DNA of 64,000 nt from the NCBI RefSeq assembly GCF_006345805.1, contig NC_043004.1, forward strand, positions 72,726,001-72,790,000. The letters run 5' to 3'. This document shows positions 62,085 through 64,000 of this stretch, piece by piece (the stretch's first letter is position 1; every line of letters starts with the position of its first letter). The notes beneath the pieces were generated by a model that saw only the letters and a list, made by a program, of their open reading frames with translations, was not told the DNA's origin and searched no databases. The stretch is from Octopus sinensis. Lineage: Eukaryota. Position numbers and translations under genes: made by a program.

Positions 62085-64000
62085 GCAAAGTCAAGTCCTT
62101 CCTTCGGAGGTACAACTCCGGAAACATACTAGTGATGGGTGATTTTAACCTCCCTCGTGTGAACTGGCCCACAAATACTCTGAAGCTAGGCAAGTGCTCT
62201 ACATCAGATAGAGCAGCAGCAGAACTGCTCTTTAATCTGATGGATGAATACTTCCTGACTCAGATAGTGCTCGAACCAACGAGACAGAATAAAAAGATCT
62301 TGGATCTGGTATTGACCAATCACTCTAGCTTCGTTCACAGCATTTCAGTTGAAAAAACTCTCCTCTCAGACCACGACATGGTACTCTGCAATTTTAATTC
62401 CCGACATATAAAAACCAAACCAGCCAATCTCACTCCATGGCACTCATTTGACAACATAAACTTCCACAAAGCGGACTGGGGAGAAATCAGAAAGGATCTG
62501 TCTTCCATCGACTGGTCTTTTACTCTCAATTCCTCTCATATTGAGACCGCATTGCAGCACTTTGAAAACATTGTCACCTATACATGCTCTAAACACGCTC
62601 CCACGAAATCTACTAACACAAACAGAAACCGGCTCCCTAAAAAGAAAAAAAAACACTCATCAGGGGCATCAAATGACTCTACAAAAATATCAACCAATTA
62701 AAATATTCCCACACACAACATCCACATTCAACAACAATGAAAAGACTAGAGCTGGAAAAACTTCATCTGCAGACCGACATGAAAACCTCCATTGAAAATC
62801 AAAGAGCTGTGGAGGAACAGTGGGTAATCAAAAACATCAAACAGAACCCAAAAGTGTTCTATTCTTACGCAAATAAGCATAGAACCACTGTCTCACCCAT
62901 TGGGCCATTGATTGATGATAACGGCATTCCCCAACACGATGCTAAAGAAATGGCAGAAATACTGCAGAAACAATACTGCTCTGTCTTCAGTGTTTCCACT
63001 GATATTGACGTAAGAGAAGCGAACGAAGTTGACTCCCAACATAAAATCTCAGACATAAGCTTCACTGCCACTGACATCATAGCAGCAATAAATGATGTCA
63101 AATACTACTCTGCTGTAGGCCCTGATAGATTCCCCGCTAGTCTCCTGAAGGAATGTAGACACCAACTTGCAGTCCCTCTGACCAACCTCTGGAGAAATTC
63201 GTTAGACGCAGGTTATATACCAAAACAGTTTCTATCCCAGTCAGTCATCCCGGTTTTCAAACAGGGAAACAGATCCCTCGCACTCAACTATCGCCCAATC
63301 TCACTCACCTCCCACATCATTAAAGTGTTTGAAAGAGAGTTAAGATCAAGGATAGCTGACTTCCTGGAGACCCACAAACTCCTAAATGCAAATCAGCATG
63401 GCTTTCGCTGTGGCAGGGACTGTCTAACACGGCTCTTACACCACATTGAAGATGTACTCAAAGCCTTGGGAACAGGTTCGAACTCTGATGTCATATATCT
63501 TGACTTCAGTAAAGCGTTCGACAGGGTAGACCATAATATCCTACTCTCAAAATTGGCAAATGTTGGAATCCGTGGAAAAGTTCTACACTGGATTAAGTAT
63601 TTCCTGGCGAATAGAACACAACATGTTGTAGTTGATGGAGTCCACTCAAGCCCAGCAGAAGTCACCAGCGGTGTCCTCCAGAGAACTGTCTTGGGTTCGC
63701 TACTCTTCATAATTTACGTAAACGACCTTTCCAGTGTCGTACATTACTGCAAAGTGAAAATATTTGCTGATGACACTAAGCTCCAGCAAATCGTCAATGA
63801 AGAAGCAGACCGAACTCAACTCCAGTCTGATCTATATGCTGTGAGTCAATGGGCAGACAGAAACAAAATGCAACTGAACGAGGGAAAATTTGAGCTGATG
63901 CATTTTGGAAGAAACTCCTCACTAAAACAGCCATACTCTCTTCCTTCAGGGGAACCGCTCACAGCCTCTAACAATATCAGAGACCTGGGTGTAATTGTTG
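62085..64000 (+). mobile_element. CR1-like LINE ORF2 fragment (endonuclease tail + RT), frameshifted, runs off the window end; same family as 52900-53850
   Basis: [58 protein letters not shown]. Confidence 0.9.

Overview
Eukaryotic, AT-rich, microsatellite- and transposon-dense DNA. The SINE families look characteristic of Octopus; that assignment is from recall, not a search. The core feature is one + strand gene that the ORF track fragments. I assembled it by hand from 11 GT-AG coding exons (1264-50710, 1458 nt, 485 aa, all intron phases compatible). It encodes about 8 ankyrin repeats, one RING-HC finger and a C-terminal Death domain. The ankyrin and RING part resembles Mind bomb (MIB1/MIB2), but the second and third RINGs are replaced by a Death domain and no MZM/REP region is visible in the window. 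The RING-to-Death region contains three copies of an intragenic duplication unit. Two carry 72-nt symmetric exons that have diverged far more (44% identity) than their intron flanks (about 80%); the third has lost its exon. Introns and flanks hold tRNA-derived SINEs, CR1-like and RTE LINE fragments, two homologous zinc-knuckle ORF1 (gag-like) remnants, mariner relics, a hAT MITE, Helentron-like non-autonomous elements and many foldback palindromes. There are also about ten Penelope-type minimal hammerhead ribozyme motifs, an interstitial telomeric array and a tandem array of splice-site-like units. No rRNA, true tRNA, CRISPR or prokaryotic system was seen. Repeat boundaries are approximate and percent identities were counted by hand.
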